NCBI GenBank assembly: GCA_038087875.1
Contig: JAXLNO010000357.1
Location: forward strand, 62,001 to 126,000
Direction of reading: 5' to 3'
Source of the DNA: Malacoraja senta
Taxonomy: Eukaryota
Length of the DNA: 64,000 nucleotides
Positions 12,411-25,700 of the stretch are shown one piece after another. The position numbers were made by a program, and so were the translations under genes. The notes under the pieces were generated by a model that was not told where the DNA came from, searched no databases, and saw only the letters and a program-made list of their open reading frames with translations. Numbering within the stretch: the first letter of the stretch is position 1; each line of letters opens with the position of its first letter.

Positions 12411-13974
12411 TTCTGTTCTGCAAAGGAATCATATATGATTCCACTAAAGTAAAATAATATGATACCTAAATTGCGATAAGTGAATTAAACTGTGTAAAAA
12501 TTATTCAATACTTATAATACATCAATTTGCATTCATTTGTAGTCTTGTTCTCTCTCAATTACTTCAATCTTTATTTACCAGCTGCAACTTGCTCCATTTA
12601 TATGATACTGTGATTTTATGGTGCATCTGAACAGGTGCAAACTTGTCTTTTTTTAAAAGTGATATTTAGAATGGGTGAGAAATTGGAACATATCTAATAA
12701 GATAAGTGGAATAGAAATCTCGATAGAAAGTACAAATTGTTACCTTGGAATTATTTTTCTGGGCCTGTAACATGTTCAGAGAGATAGATGAGTCCCTGCA
12801 AAGTTCACACATAAAGGTCTGATTGCTGGAGCTTAAACTAATTACTGATCAAACTGTGTGGTATGCAGACTTGATGAGAAATGGACCACAAATTCATTGA
12901 CTTTGAAGTAACTGCCATTCCATTAACTTGTGTTTTAAAATAACTGTTCTTTTCATTATCAACGAGATTTTATCGTAACCAATTTCAAAAGTGCCATCTG
13001 GTTTAATGAATCTTGTTAACATATTCTTATTTTATTTTGAATCTAACTGATGTTTTTTACATTAGCCTAGCATCAGCTGATGCATTTCTCAAATTCTATT
13101 CCTACTCTTTGTAATGATGGCATGATTTTTCCTCATCATGCAATTACTGAATGCACTGACTTTGGATAATCAGAAGTAATAGTGCGGCTGTGATTTGTGC
13201 AATTTGCAACAGGACAGGACTAAAGCTTGCATCCACTGCTGATAGCAAAACATAGGCTTGCCAGCATCCGTCGAGGATTAAGAATGAAGATCTGCAGTAA
13301 TCCTATAAATACCGTGCCGACTGAAACTAACTTTGACAAATACTCTAAGATGTTCAGTTTCAATCTTGCCATATTTTGGATTAGCCAGTAATAAGTGAAC
13401 ACATCGTGGGGAAATGCTATTTCGGCATTATTGCCTAGAAACTGTGGTCCATCCAGGAGTGTGTGCTGTGATAATTAAAACATTGTATGGCACAAAAAGC
13501 AGACATTTGGTCCATTGAGTACAGGTCAGTTCCATACCCCCAGGGCTTTCAAATACTCATCCAACTATTTTTGAAGGCACTGATTGTACTTACAATCCTT
13601 ATTGACAATGGTTTCCAGATCATAACTTTTCTCCACATGAAAATATTTCCTCCTTTCCTTTTGGTATCTTATGCCCAAACTTTTTAGATTAGTCTTTGTG
13701 CTTAAACCATTCACTAAATGTTGAAGAACATTTTATCTATTTACCCATTGTAAACCACTCATGATCTTGCACACTTCAACCTCAACCTCTTTGCAGCCAT
13801 TCTGAGCCAATAACAGGTTTGGTGATTGTCCCACTAGAGATAACATTACTTGTATCTGAGGTCCAATGATTCACAGGTAAATATGTCGTGTGCCTTGTTT
13901 CAGCTTCTTCTGAGGCTGGTCTCCAACATTCCTCTGTCTCCATTGCAAATGATGACAGGGGAGTCAAAATTATA

Positions 13975-14640
13975 GGAATTGATTTATTATTATCATGTGT
14001 ACTGAGATATTGTGCAAAACTGTTTTGAGAGCAATTGAGGCAAATAATGCTATACACGTGTACATCACGTAGTGCAAGGGGGCAAATTAACGGCACAGAA
14101 TATGATGTTAGAGTTACAGAGAAAGTATAGAGAAAGAAAAATGCAAGGACCTCAACGAGGTAGATTGGGAATTCATCCCATGCACATCTAGGACTCCTGT
14201 TCAGGAGTCTGATAACAGCAGGGAAAGGATATTCTTAAATCTGATAGTACGTGCTTTTAAACTTTTTGTTTCTTCTCTCAATGGGAGAGAGGAGAAGAGA
14301 GAATGAGTAGGGCACGAATAGTCCTTGATTATATTGCCCACTTTTCTGAGAAAGCATGAAACATAGAAAACATAGGAAAATAGGTGCCATTCAATATGAT
14401 CATGGCTGATCATCCAAAATCAGTACCCCCGTTCCTGCTTTTTCCCCATATCCCTCAATTCCGTTAGCCCTAAGAGCTAAAGAAGTATAGATGGAGCCGA
14501 TGGGGAGAGGCTGTGATGAACTGGGCTGTGTTCACTATCCTCTGCAAATTTCTTGCAGTGTTGGGCAGAGCAGTTGGTAGATATAGCTGTGATGGAGCCA
14601 GATAGGATTCTTTTGATGTTTCATCTGTAGAAGTTGTTAA
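13975..14640 (-). mobile_element. Old Rex1-type LINE 3' fragment interrupted by a CR1-type 3' tail (~14358-14480)
   Basis: tttattattatcatgtgtactgag tail; IIKDYSCPTHSLFSSLP homology; the inserted segment matches 42920-43070. Confidence 0.6.
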
Positions 14641-15795
14641 GAGTCATTGGAGACATACTGAATTTTCTTGGTCTTTGAGAAATGAGAAGCATTACTGTTT
14701 AAGTTATATTTTATCATGTTTAAGAGAGGTCCAACGGGAGTACTGTTCTCCAAAAATCCCAACTTTGCACAGTTCTGGTGGTCATTCTTCACACATGTGC
14801 TCGGTTCCTCAATAATGTGATTTCTAAACCTTTTCATTGCCTTGGTTCTCAGTATGTCCATTTCTTGGGACATGGACATTACTGGAAAGGCTACCATTTA
14901 TTATCCATCCCCAAATGCCTGAGAGAAGCTAATGAGAAACTGTCATGTTGAACTGTGGAAGTTCTTTAGGTGAATAACAAAGATTTGTATTTTCTTTCAA
15001 ACCCAGGATGTGCAGAAACTTGTGCAAATTCATTTTCTTCTCCTTCTACCTATGTCTTGCAGAATGCAACAAAAATAAAAATAAACATGTTTAACAGCCA
15101 CCTTTGTCGCCAATGTCTGCTCTGGATTTAGTATGTCAAAGAAGAGCCCACAATCCAAAGTAGACAATCAAAGTACGTCAAATTCAAATTATTTCTCCTT
15201 GTCTCTATGAATTGTGTTGCCAATAACAAATGACAATGGAAAAGATAACAAATTATTTCAGCACCAGTAATATTCTCAATTTATGATCACCCTTGCACTT
15301 TGTCACTTTGCCACATCACGATATGCTCATGTGTTCCATGCCATCAATTAGTTGTGAAATGCAGTAATGACGATCGAACAGCACACTGTAGGGTGCACAT
15401 GAATGCACAGAAATGTGACTTACTTTCAGCATATTTAAATCTTACATTTAGATGGGAAATCAATAATAGCTGCATGATGCACACCTCTACATAAATTGTC
15501 AGTTAAAGAAATGTTAAAAATTGCTTTTATTATCAACTAACATTTGAAAGAAAGAATCTTGAAATACAATGATTTTCCCTCTGAGCATTTACTTTTTAAA
15601 TTAGTTTGAGCATATTTTGCATATCTTATAGTTTGCTTGATAAATGCATGTAATCCTCTTATTAGACACATGCTGTGGATGTTTTATCCTGTGTCTGTAC
15701 ACCATGTTTGGCTCAATTGTAATCATGTATTGTCTTTTTGTTGACTGGACAGCACATGGACTGTACCTCAGTACACATGACAATAATAAGCTTAA

Positions 15796-16315
15796 AGGGG
15801 CTGTCCCACTGCGGCAACCTAATTGGCGAGTTTAGAAGAGTTTAGGAGAGTTTGAAAAAGTGTCATGTTGAAGACCTCCTTCGACTATGTTGAAGACTAG
15901 CTTCGACTAACTTCGGGAAAATTGGACACTGAATAGTGGAGAGTGAAGACGACCTCCTTCGATCTCCTTCGACCTCCCTTCGACTATGTTGAAGACTATC
16001 TACGACTACCTCCGACTACCCTCGATTACCTACGAATAACATGCCGACCTACTATGCCCTACTTCGACTAAACCTATGAGTAAATAAATATCGATATTGT
16101 CCATGGCGACCTTTTCTTACTTGCAGGCATTTTTCAGCCTGTTGAAAAATATGCCGCAACCTGGCTGAGGCCTCGAGTACGCGGGGACTGCTCTCGAGCA
16201 TGAAGGAGAGTAACAAAGACCTCCTAGGACTATTGTGTCGACCATGCTGCGAGTACGAGTCGAGGGCAAACTCTTCTAAACTCGCCAATTAGGTCGCCTC
16301 AGTGGGACAACCCCT
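15796..16315. mobile_element. PIF/Harbinger-type MITE
   Basis: ~48-bp TIRs (AGGGGCTGTCCCACTGCGGCAACCTAATTGGCGAGTTTAGAAGAGTTT, 3 mismatches); TAA TSD at 15793-15795 and 16316-16318; internal cttcgac/cgactac iterations. Confidence 0.85.
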
Positions 16316-16449
16316 TAACTCTAAACTCTAGTTAGAAAGAGAATCAGTGAGAAAGTTGTGCAGGTAGGTCAATTAGTGTTAAGTATGCTGTACTGCAAAA
16401 CCTTTTTGCAGAGAACATATCTGTTCGTAGAGAACAAGAATTAGTAAAA

Positions 16450-16663
16450 AATGTGTAGGAAGCAACTGTAGATGCTGGTTTAAACCAAGGATAGACAAAA
16501 AAATGCTGGAGTAACTCAACGGGACAGGCAGCATCTCTGGCGAGAAGGAATGGGTGACATTTCGGGTTGAGATTTGAAGGGTCTCGACCTAAAACGTCAT
16601 CCATTCCTTCTCTCCAGACATGCTGCCTGTCCCGCTGAGTTACTTCAGCATTTTGTGTCTATC
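16450..16663. mobile_element. Penelope-terminus palindromic element with 15-bp TSD
   Basis: Two inverted ~85-bp arms centred on the hammerhead region; TSD caagaattagtaaaa at 16435-16449 and 16664-16678. Confidence 0.85.
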
Positions 16664-16977
16664 CAAGAATTAGTAAAACATCAGGTGAGGGCGTTGGACA
16701 AGTCAGTCTGTTTAAGTGAGAGAGAACGTTATTGCAATAATGCAGTGGTAGAATTTAAATAGTGAGGTTTAATGTGGTAAATGGAGAATATTGATAACCA
16801 AAAGTCCAATACAATTCATTGATTGAATAATTAAACTGCAGTGAAAACAGATATTGTCATCCTAACTCAATGGAATTTTCCAATAGAATAGCTTAAACTG
16901 CTGGGCGTGTCCAACAATGACATACCAAAGGCAAAGAACCATAATATGCTTCCAACTTGCTCCACACTCACACTTGT

Positions 16978-18104
16978 GGCACACGCATGGGCCCCAGCTA
17001 CGCCTGCCTCTTTGTCGGGTACGTCGAACAATCCTTGTTCGCTACGTACCAGGGCCCCATCCCCGACCTCTACCTCCGCTACATCGATGACTGCTTTGCT
17101 GCCACCTCCTGCACCCACATACAACTGGCTGACTTCATCCACTTCACCACCAACTTCCATCCGGCACTCAAATACACCTGGACCATTTCCGACACTTCCC
17201 TACCATTCCCTGACCTCACTATCTCCATCGCAGGTGATAGACTTCTGACCGACATTCACTATAAACCTACTGACTCCCATAGCTATCTGGACTACACTTC
17301 TTCCCACCCTGCTTCCTGTAACGACTCCATCCCCTACTCCCAATTCCTCCGTCTACGCCGCATCTGCTCCCAGGATGAGGCGTTCCACACCAGGGCATCA
17401 GAAATGTCCTCATTGTTCAGGGAACGGGGTTTCCCCTCCTCCACCATAGATGAGGCTCGCACCAGGGTCTCTTCCAAACCCCGCAACACTGCTCTCTCTC
17501 CCCATCCCCCCACTCGCAACAAGGGCAGAATCCCCCTAGTCCTCACCTTTCACCCCACCAGCCGTCACATACAACAAGTGATCCTCCGTCAGTTTCGCCA
17601 CCTCCAACGTGACCCCACCACTCGCCACATCTTCCCATCTCCCCCCATGTCTGCCTTCCGCAAAGACCGCTCCCTCCGTAACTCCCTTGTCAATTCTTCC
17701 CTTCCCTCCCGTACCACCCCCTCCCCGGGCACTTTCCCATGCAACCGCAAGAGATGCTACACTTGTCGCTTTACCTCCCCCCTCGACTCCATTCAAGGAC
17801 CCAAGCAGTGGTTCCAGGTGCGACAGAGGTTCACCTGCATCTCCTCCAACCTCAAACTATTGCATCCGCTGCTCTAAATGTCAGCTGATCTACATCGGTG
17901 AGACCAAGCGGAGGCTTGGCGATCATTTCGCCGAACACCTCAGCTCGGTCCGCAATTACCAGCCTGACCTCCCGGTGGCTCAGCACTTCAACACCCCCTC
18001 CCATTCCATATCCGACCTCTCCTGTCCTGGGTCTCCTCCATGGCCAGAGCGAGCAACACCGGAAATTGGAGGAGGAACAGCACCTCATATTCCGCTTGGG
18101 TAGT
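16978..18104 (+). mobile_element. Penelope-like element (Neptune-type), RT C-terminal half plus GIY-YIG endonuclease, 5'-truncated
   Basis: GTRMGPSYA, YLRYIDD, HYKPTDSHSYLDYTSSHP, IPYSQFLRLRRICS, Cys linker CNRKRCYTC, YCIRCSKCQLIYIGETKRRL; frameshifts near 17855 and 18020; runs into the gap. Confidence 0.93.
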
Positions 18105-18304
18105 NNNNNNNNNNNNNNNNNNNNNNNNNNNNNNNNNNNNNNNNNNNNNNNNNNNNNNNNNNNNNNNNNNNNNNNNNNNNNNNNNNNNNNNNNNNNNNNN
18201 NNNNNNNNNNNNNNNNNNNNNNNNNNNNNNNNNNNNNNNNNNNNNNNNNNNNNNNNNNNNNNNNNNNNNNNNNNNNNNNNNNNNNNNNNNNNNNNNNNNN
18301 NNNN
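18105..18304. other. Assembly gap (200 N)
   Basis: Run of N. Confidence 1.
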
Positions 18305-18530
18305 CAAGGAACTGCAAATATTGGAATCTTGTGTCAAAGACAAAGTGCTTGAGTAACTCAACGGGTCAGGCAACATCTCTGGAGGACATGGATAGGCTTC
18401 TGACCTTTTTTCTGATTTGGACCATTCTTTTAGACTTGGTATAAAGAAGAGTCCAACCCAAATCATCACTTATCTATATCCTCCAGAGATTGCTGGCTGA
18501 TCTGTTGAATTACTCCTGCACTTTGTGTTC
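18305..18530. mobile_element. Penelope-terminus palindromic element (diverged)
   Basis: caaggaactgca...gagtaactcaacgggtcaggc arm and its inverted partner. Confidence 0.7.
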
Positions 18531-20054
18531 AATCCCAATGAAATGCTGGCATTTCCATTAATATCCATAACCATGAATAAATCTATTTAAAATAATGTTT
18601 AAATAGAACATTGACATGTCAAAATAAAAAAGACTATTGAAGACTAATGAGTAATACCAACTGATGAAGTATTTTAAAGTGAATGGGCATTCCTATATGC
18701 AGCAAAAAAAAAAAAATGTGGGAAGAACTGTAAGGAGACATCAGTGGAGGCAAAGGAACAGTGTACATTTCAGTTTGTGATGTCAACTATCCCTTTTGCC
18801 TCCACAGATGCTGCTTGATCTGCTGAGTTCCTCAAGCAGTATTTTTTTATTGTACCAGGTTTCCATATCTGCGGTCTCTCCTGTTTCGGTCTTCCTATAT
18901 GTAGACTATATGCTTAGTCTTGCAAATGTTTTCAAGATGCAAAAACTCCCCACTTAATGCTTTGATTAACAAGAGTAAATCACCTTTTCAATCAATCTGA
19001 CGCAACAATCGTTCCATAGCTGGAGTTTCCATTAAAACTATTTCAGCCAAGTCTGGGAAGTTCATCAATCTTTAATTACAATAAACGTTAGTTCTTCGTA
19101 TACAATTTTCCTGATATTATTTCTCAAATTTGATAAGGCCTGCAGTTATTTCCAGATGTTCAAGAAGCAATTAGATGTATTTCTGAACATAACCTAAAAT
19201 AAGTGTCAAATTATTGAATTTGTTTACTTTTCAGATATTAAAACAGAAGTTGAATATACTGGTGCTCTGTAACATCTTGGCAAAGTTTAAGATCCTACTT
19301 AAAGCTTCAAATTCCTTCTTCTTCCTTTTGAATGGCTTTGACACATTTCCTCTGCTGATCCACAGGCAGCATTTTACATGGGTACAATACACACATACAT
19401 CTCACAAACCGATTACTGAAACAATGATTGCAGAACAAAGAGAAAAACAGGATAACTAGATAAGTGTTTAATTCAAGACTAAATTTAGCAAAGGTTTGAA
19501 ACATGTTGTTAAATCAATAGCTAGTAGCCTTGAAACACTTGTATCTTCAGTTTCTTTCCTGTCTCATGGTATCTCATTAATTTCCCTTTATTTTAAATAA
19601 AACAACATAATGGCAAAGAATCAAAATTAATTGCTTGGATATCGAACAGCATGGAAGATTATAATAATTGTTTTTGCTGGATAAACTCTGCAGCGATTTG
19701 TTAGTAGTTCCACTCATTTGACTCTGTAATAACCATATAAACAAAGGAGACACTATTGTATTGATGCTCTCGCAGTTTAAAGAATGCATTGCTCCCCCTC
19801 ACCTTGATAGAGAATGTAACTTAAGGGAAGTTAAAAAACTTGCGAAAAATAAATTGTGACCAATATTCAAGAAACATGCTAAATACTTCCTCTCCAGTGC
19901 AATCAACTAAGCTTCTATATGGTCATCCATTATATATAAACTGGTTTAAAGAAAACAAAACTAATGTATGTCATTTTTGATTTTAATGTTTGCAGAAATG
20001 CAAAAACTTAACATTAGAAATAGCAGTTACTAACCCCATATCCCTTGAGGATAA

Positions 20055-20240
20055 AAGGAACTGCAGATGCTGGAATTGTAATCAAAACACAAAGTGCTGA
20101 AGTAATTCTGTAGAGAATAGATAGGTGACATTTCAGACTGGGACCCTTCTGCAGATTGAAAGTGACTTCAGGCCCTTCCAGTCCGAAGAAAGGTCCTAAC
20201 CTAAAGTGGTGCCTATCCATTCCCTCCACTTTGTGCTTTG
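20055..20240. mobile_element. Penelope-terminus palindromic element (diverged)
   Basis: aaggaactgcagatgctgg...ggtgacatttc...cccttctgcag / gtccgaagaaagg..cctatccattc. Confidence 0.65.
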
Positions 20241-20322
20241 ATCCATTTTCCTGGACCTCTGGTCCAAATGAATTCCATAACTGAGCCTCCATCGCCTTCG
20301 GGGCTAGTAAGTTCCAAATGTC

Positions 20323-20883
20323 CAAGGTTTCAAGGATTCAAGGTCAGTTTATTGTCACATGTACCAATTAGGGTACAGTGAAATTTGAGTTATCATACAG
20401 CCATGCTAAGTGAAAAGCAACAATACATACAACCACATAAATGTAAACATAAACATCCACCACAGTGGATTCCACATTCCTCACTGTGATGGAAGGCAAT
20501 AAAGTTCTTCTTCTTGTTCTCCCGTGGTCGGGGCAGTCAAACCATCCACAGTCGGGGCGATCAAAACCCCGCAGCCGACGATCAAAGCCTCCGACGGGGT
20601 GATCAAAACTCACGCGTTGGGGCGGTTGAAACTCTCTCCGTGAGCTCCCGAGTCGGCCTCTTCTTACCAGAGACTGCAGGCTTCATAATATTAAAGTCCA
20701 CAGGCCCCGCGGTTGGAGCTCCGATCCCTGGCAAAAGGATTGCAAGCTCCGCAATGCTAAACTCCCACAGTCTCCTGCGGCCTGGAGTGCCTGCAGTCTC
20801 CAGGAAAGGCCGCCCACACCATGATGTTAGGCCACAGTGGGGACGGAGATACAATGTGGCAAAAATTGAATCTCTGTCAAGGT
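20323..20883 (-). mobile_element. GC-rich non-autonomous retroelement, related to 47978-49003
   Basis: tttattgtca tail; tccaccacagtg...cactgtgatgga hairpin; ttaggccacagtg..gacggag block shared with the 48-kb copy. Confidence 0.65.
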
Positions 20884-21163
20884 AATGTTCATACCTTCTG
20901 AATTAAGATCTTCCCCTTTCCCTAACTATTGTACTTGAGTTTGACTTGATTGTCTTTATGCATGGCATATCTGAGCTGGTTAGATAGCTTATAAAACAAA
21001 GCTTTTTACTGTACCTTGGTATATGTGACAATAACAAACCTAAACCTAAAGATATTATCTTCATCTGAGTATTAAACAGTTTACCCTTTATTCTAAGGCT
21101 GTCATCAGTTGGTCTATACTCCTGCATCCAGCCCATCAAGCGCTGTCCCAAATGTGTCATTTT

Positions 21164-21692
21164 AAAAAAAAAATTAAATTTATTATTTAGAAGTAAGTAC
21201 AATAATGTGGTACCAAAGTACCTAATACTTATTAACATGTTACATTTCATATACAACTTCTTATTTTTAATTTAATAATGAAGCAAAATAAGAAATGAAA
21301 GATTACAAAGGGAAAGATTGAGATGAAGTGTTGCGTGAAATAGCAAAAATAGCCCTAGAAAAAAAATGAGGAGAAAAAAAGAAGAGAAGAAATAAAGAAA
21401 AGACAAACAAAAGAGTAGAGGAAAGGAGATTGAAAGCGATATATCTATTTGATAATCCTACCCCCAGTCACCTATTTCTGAACCATTATATTTCTATGAT
21501 TGTGTTGCACCATATGCTTGTAGAAAGTCGATAAAGGTAGACCATATCAATAAGAAGAGGTCTACCTTACCTACCAGGAGGAGTCGTATTTCTTCAAGAT
21601 ATGCCGTTTCTGACATAGTTGAAATCCACATTTTCACCGTTGGTGTTGCCGAATTTTTCCAAAATGTAAGTATGAGTTTTTTTGCCATTATT
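21164..21692 (-). mobile_element. 5'-truncated L1 (ORF2 C-terminus plus 3' UTR)
   Basis: IMAKKLILTFWKN..W..EE..F..IW..F; TSD aaa(t/c)gtgtcatttt at 21150-21163 and 21693-21706. Confidence 0.82.
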
Positions 21693-21861
21693 AAACGTGT
21701 CATTTTCAATGTGATCTTATTTCATTCTTCGAGAAAATTAGATCAAGTTTACTCAAACTCCCTTCAATTGACTAACCTCTGACCGTGGAACTGATCAACA
21801 AAAGTTTTTTACTCTGAGTTATAGTCTTAGAGTCATACAGCATGGGAACGCCCAACCTGAT

Positions 21862-22168
21862 AGTTCCACTGTCTCACAGCGCCAGAACCTGAATTCAATC
21901 CTGACCTCGGGTGCTGTTGGTGTGGAGTTTGCACATTCTCCCTGTGACCACATCGGTTTCATTCGGGTGCCCCAGTTTCCTCCCATGTGCTAAAGATATG
22001 TGGGATTGTAGATTAATTGGCTACTCTATAAAATTGTCGCTAATGTGTAGGGAATGGAAGAGAAAGTGTTATAAAATAAAAATACTATGAACCAATAATT
22101 AATGATTGGCATGGTCTCAGTGAGCCAGAGGCCCTAATTCCATGCAGTTCCTCTAAAACTAAAACTAA
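21862..22168 (+). mobile_element. HE1/V-SINE-like tRNA-derived SINE
   Basis: B-box-like aattcaatcc; V-domain tgtggagtttgcacattctccctgtg..gtttcctccca; (taaaac)n tail. Confidence 0.8.
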
Positions 22169-22484
22169 CCCCATTGGCATTAAGGGAGCCCTGTAAGTTA
22201 AATTCACCTACTACAACAAACAAAAGGTTTTGACAGATATCCATGATCTGCCAGCATATCTGTCCCTCTATAAGCCACTGACAATTAGGAACCCCATAAT
22301 ATAATCCCATCATAGTGATTGTTCATTTTTTATTCTTGAACTCTGCCCTACAGCCTTGCTGGATGAGGCATCCAAGATGTATTCTCCAAGTATAGCTGTG
22401 ACAATCTCCCGAATCAATAATGTAATTTCTCCCATTTCTTTGATATCCCTCTCTATCACATCTAAAACTGGAGGATTGAGCTGC

Positions 22485-22765
22485 CAGTCATAGAATCATG
22501 GATAAAGTCATAGAACCATTGATAGTCATAGAATCATAGAGCACAGAAACAGGCCTTTTGGCCCAACTTGCCTATGCTAACCAAGATGCACCATCTATGT
22601 TAGTCCCACCTCCCTGTGTTTGGCCCATATCCCTCTAAACCTCTCCTACCTATGTACCTGTCCAAATATATTTTAAATTATGTTATATTATCTGCCTCAT
22701 ATATCTCCTTTGGCAGCTTGTTCCATATATCCACTGAAAATGTTGCCCCTCAGGTTTCTATTAAA
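22485..22765 (-). mobile_element. CR1 (HER1-like) 3' end
   Basis: (catagaat)n tail; gaaacaggccttttggccc; matches 35117-35400 and 56100-56320. Confidence 0.75.
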
Positions 22766-25700
22766 TCTGCCCAGTTTTACCCATCTGTGAAACAAGTTCC
22801 TGTAATGGGTATGACATGTTCCATGTAATGATCTAGATGGTAAAATGTGCTGGAAATCTGCACGAGCAAGAGAAATGGAGGGAGAGCAGATTTTGTTGGT
22901 GTGTGTGAGGAGCAGAGCAGCGTTTTACGCTTTCTTAGAAATGTACATCTAATGTTAACCTATGTCCTGATTATCTCATCTGAAGTGACCCAGCCTTATC
23001 CTCTTTGTAAATGCAAGCTTCCATTCAGTGCATCTCTGTACCTATGTTCCTTTAGAGTTCTTTCTCCCTAAATATCATTTACTCTTGTGTGTATTCAACA
23101 ATAGACTACTTGCCTCCATTTAGGACCATTTACAGTTTCAGTATTGAAAAATATTCTGCCAAGCAAATAGAGTATTATTTCTGAAAACCATTAGATGTAT
23201 TCCAGTAGTTCTCTTCCTTCAAAAAAAAAAGGAAACCAATCATCTCTTTGGACACGGGATAATAAGAGTGAGAGAGTTGAAAGCTCATTAAATAGAATCT
23301 TTCTTTTATTGTTCTGACTTCAAAATATTCAAAATCCAGTATAATTTGTTTCAAGGAGAGATATTTGCTTTCTATCTAAAGTAAACGTCATTTAACACCT
23401 CCGGCAGTTCCACATATTGGTGCGCAATGCACGTAAAATCTAAATGGCATCATTGATCAGTGAGCCTGAACTCAGTGAATTCAGCCATTCATTGTTAACA
23501 ATTCCAATTTACAGCAATTTGAAGGTTGGCAGGCTTCATTGATTTCTCCTTGGAATCAAAACAAGTTTCTTTGCTCGACACTAAAAACTTCCACCTTATT
23601 TAAGAAACAAACCCATTGTTCTCGTCATTAGTTTTCTTCTACATCAGCAGCACTAAAGAGAACAATCTCACTCAGCTTAAAGCATGAATGGGCAACTCTG
23701 AAATTAGTGAGCATAATCTATGGGTTATAAACAAACATTTCCACCGATCGCTAATGATAGTCCACATTAAGAGAGAGGTGGAAGAAACAAGGAATTGCAG
23801 ATGCTGGCTAATACACAAAAGGACACAAAGTGCTGGAGTAACTCAGCAGGTCAGGCAGCATCTCTAGAGAGCACGGATAGGTGACGTTTTGTTCAAGATG
23901 ATTGTAGGGGGGAGAGGGAAGCTCATGTTCCTAACAATTGCCCATGACGACCCCCCCCCCCCACCCCGCACAGCACACTGTATGACTCTACTGCTCTAAT
24001 ATTCTTCCTGTAGTGTGGTGACGAGAACTGTACAAAATGCTCCAAGTTTGAGGAAACAGTTGACAAATGGGTTCTGCAGCAAATTATTGGGACTGACGAG
24101 GTCTCAGTAGTTGCACTGATTATGATTGTTGTTCTTTGTCTGGATCACTTCACATGTAATCCCACCAGAACCACTCTGCCAGCGGCCTTGGTGCTATATA
24201 GGCCGAATGTTGATGAGAGGAGGATGTAGAGGTTGTCAGTTACAGGGGAGAGAGCAAATGTTAACGTCCATGCCAATATCGTGAGCGTCACAAGCCGCAA
24301 CCATGTCCACATCTTTGCTTTAGTCACCATGTTGTAAGTAAACCTGCACTTGTACTTCAGAAATAGTGGTCACAGTGCAGCCGAATTTGTCAATCCTTCC
24401 ATCTCCCAGCCATAATCACCCTTGTCACTTGTTTTGTCCTGTTCTAACTCCCCCTGGAATTCTGGAAACTTATATGGTTTTGAGTCAGACTTCAAGTAAT
24501 TACATGAATATTGAATAATTAAGAGCCAAGAACTCAGAAAAATGACCTTTCTGCATCAGCCAGATTTTAAAACATCCAGCTCGCATGCTTTAACTGTAGT
24601 AAAGCTTTACAGCTGCTAAGACTTTCATGCTGACATTATTAAACCTCACAAGTAATAACTAATATAATTACTGTTAGAGACGAAGCAAAAATAATATCCA
24701 CTTTACTTATTGAAATACAAACAGGAAATTGAAGAAAGATTAAACAAGTCAGGTGACATGTGTGGAGAGAGGAACAGTTAACATTTCAGGCTGATGTTTG
24801 ACTGAATATTATTTGAGATGTGGGTTTTTAAGCGAGGACAGAGGCTGGGAAAAGGGAATGAGACGAGTAAGAAGGAACACAAGGGAAAGTGTACAGTCAG
24901 ACGATAGGCATTAACTGGTTAGTTAAAAGATTGCTAGCACCTGTTGTCCACAGGTGGCAGCAGTAATCATAATGATTGGAATAACTGGGGTCTAATCAAA
25001 ATATCAGCAGCTGATAATTTCTTGCCTTGATTTCCATTTCCCCCAAATTTCCATGTTTCAGGAATTATTTTGTTGAGAAGAGCAGGCATGAGGTAGATGT
25101 GTCACATAATGGCACATAAAACTGTGGAAAGTGAACCGCTGGCTTATTTTAATAGCAATTAGTATTTAGTACATAAAATAGCTGTCAATAGCTTAATAGT
25201 AACAGGACTGAGAGAGCAGGAGTTGGGTCTGGAGTTGTGTGCAGAGGGGCCACAAGAAGAGAAAGGGGGCAAATCACTGCAAGATCTTCTGTTATTAAAA
25301 ATTGAATTATTCACAGATTTTGGATGAAGGTGATTAAATATCTATATTTTGGTTGTGAAACCATTTTCAACAATTAATTATAACACCACCACTTCCTATT
25401 ACAAACATTTGAGTATTTTTATTTTTATATTATCATGTTTACTGTTCTGATAAATGTTTAATTTTCTGCACTGTTTCTTGATTGCACTGATGAACGATTG
25501 ATGTTAAATATGGTAATTTAACTTGGTCTAAATATAAATAACATTTGATCACAATTTGACAAAAATTGTGCCCTGCTTACAGAGTGTACACATAATGAAA
25601 ACTAAGACAGTGTTTGAAAAAGATTTTTAGATAAATTAAATCCTTGGCTACTGATGTAATTAGTTTTGGGTAAGCTGTCCGTTCTTGCCTGGCTCTTGCC

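Noticed and set aside
15870..16080. CRISPR-like array
   Set aside because: Short irregular CGAC motifs without constant-length repeats or unique spacers, inside a TIR/TSD-bounded MITE in a vertebrate genome.
17852..18469. ORFs spanning the N run
   Set aside because: Artefacts of translating through the 200-N gap.
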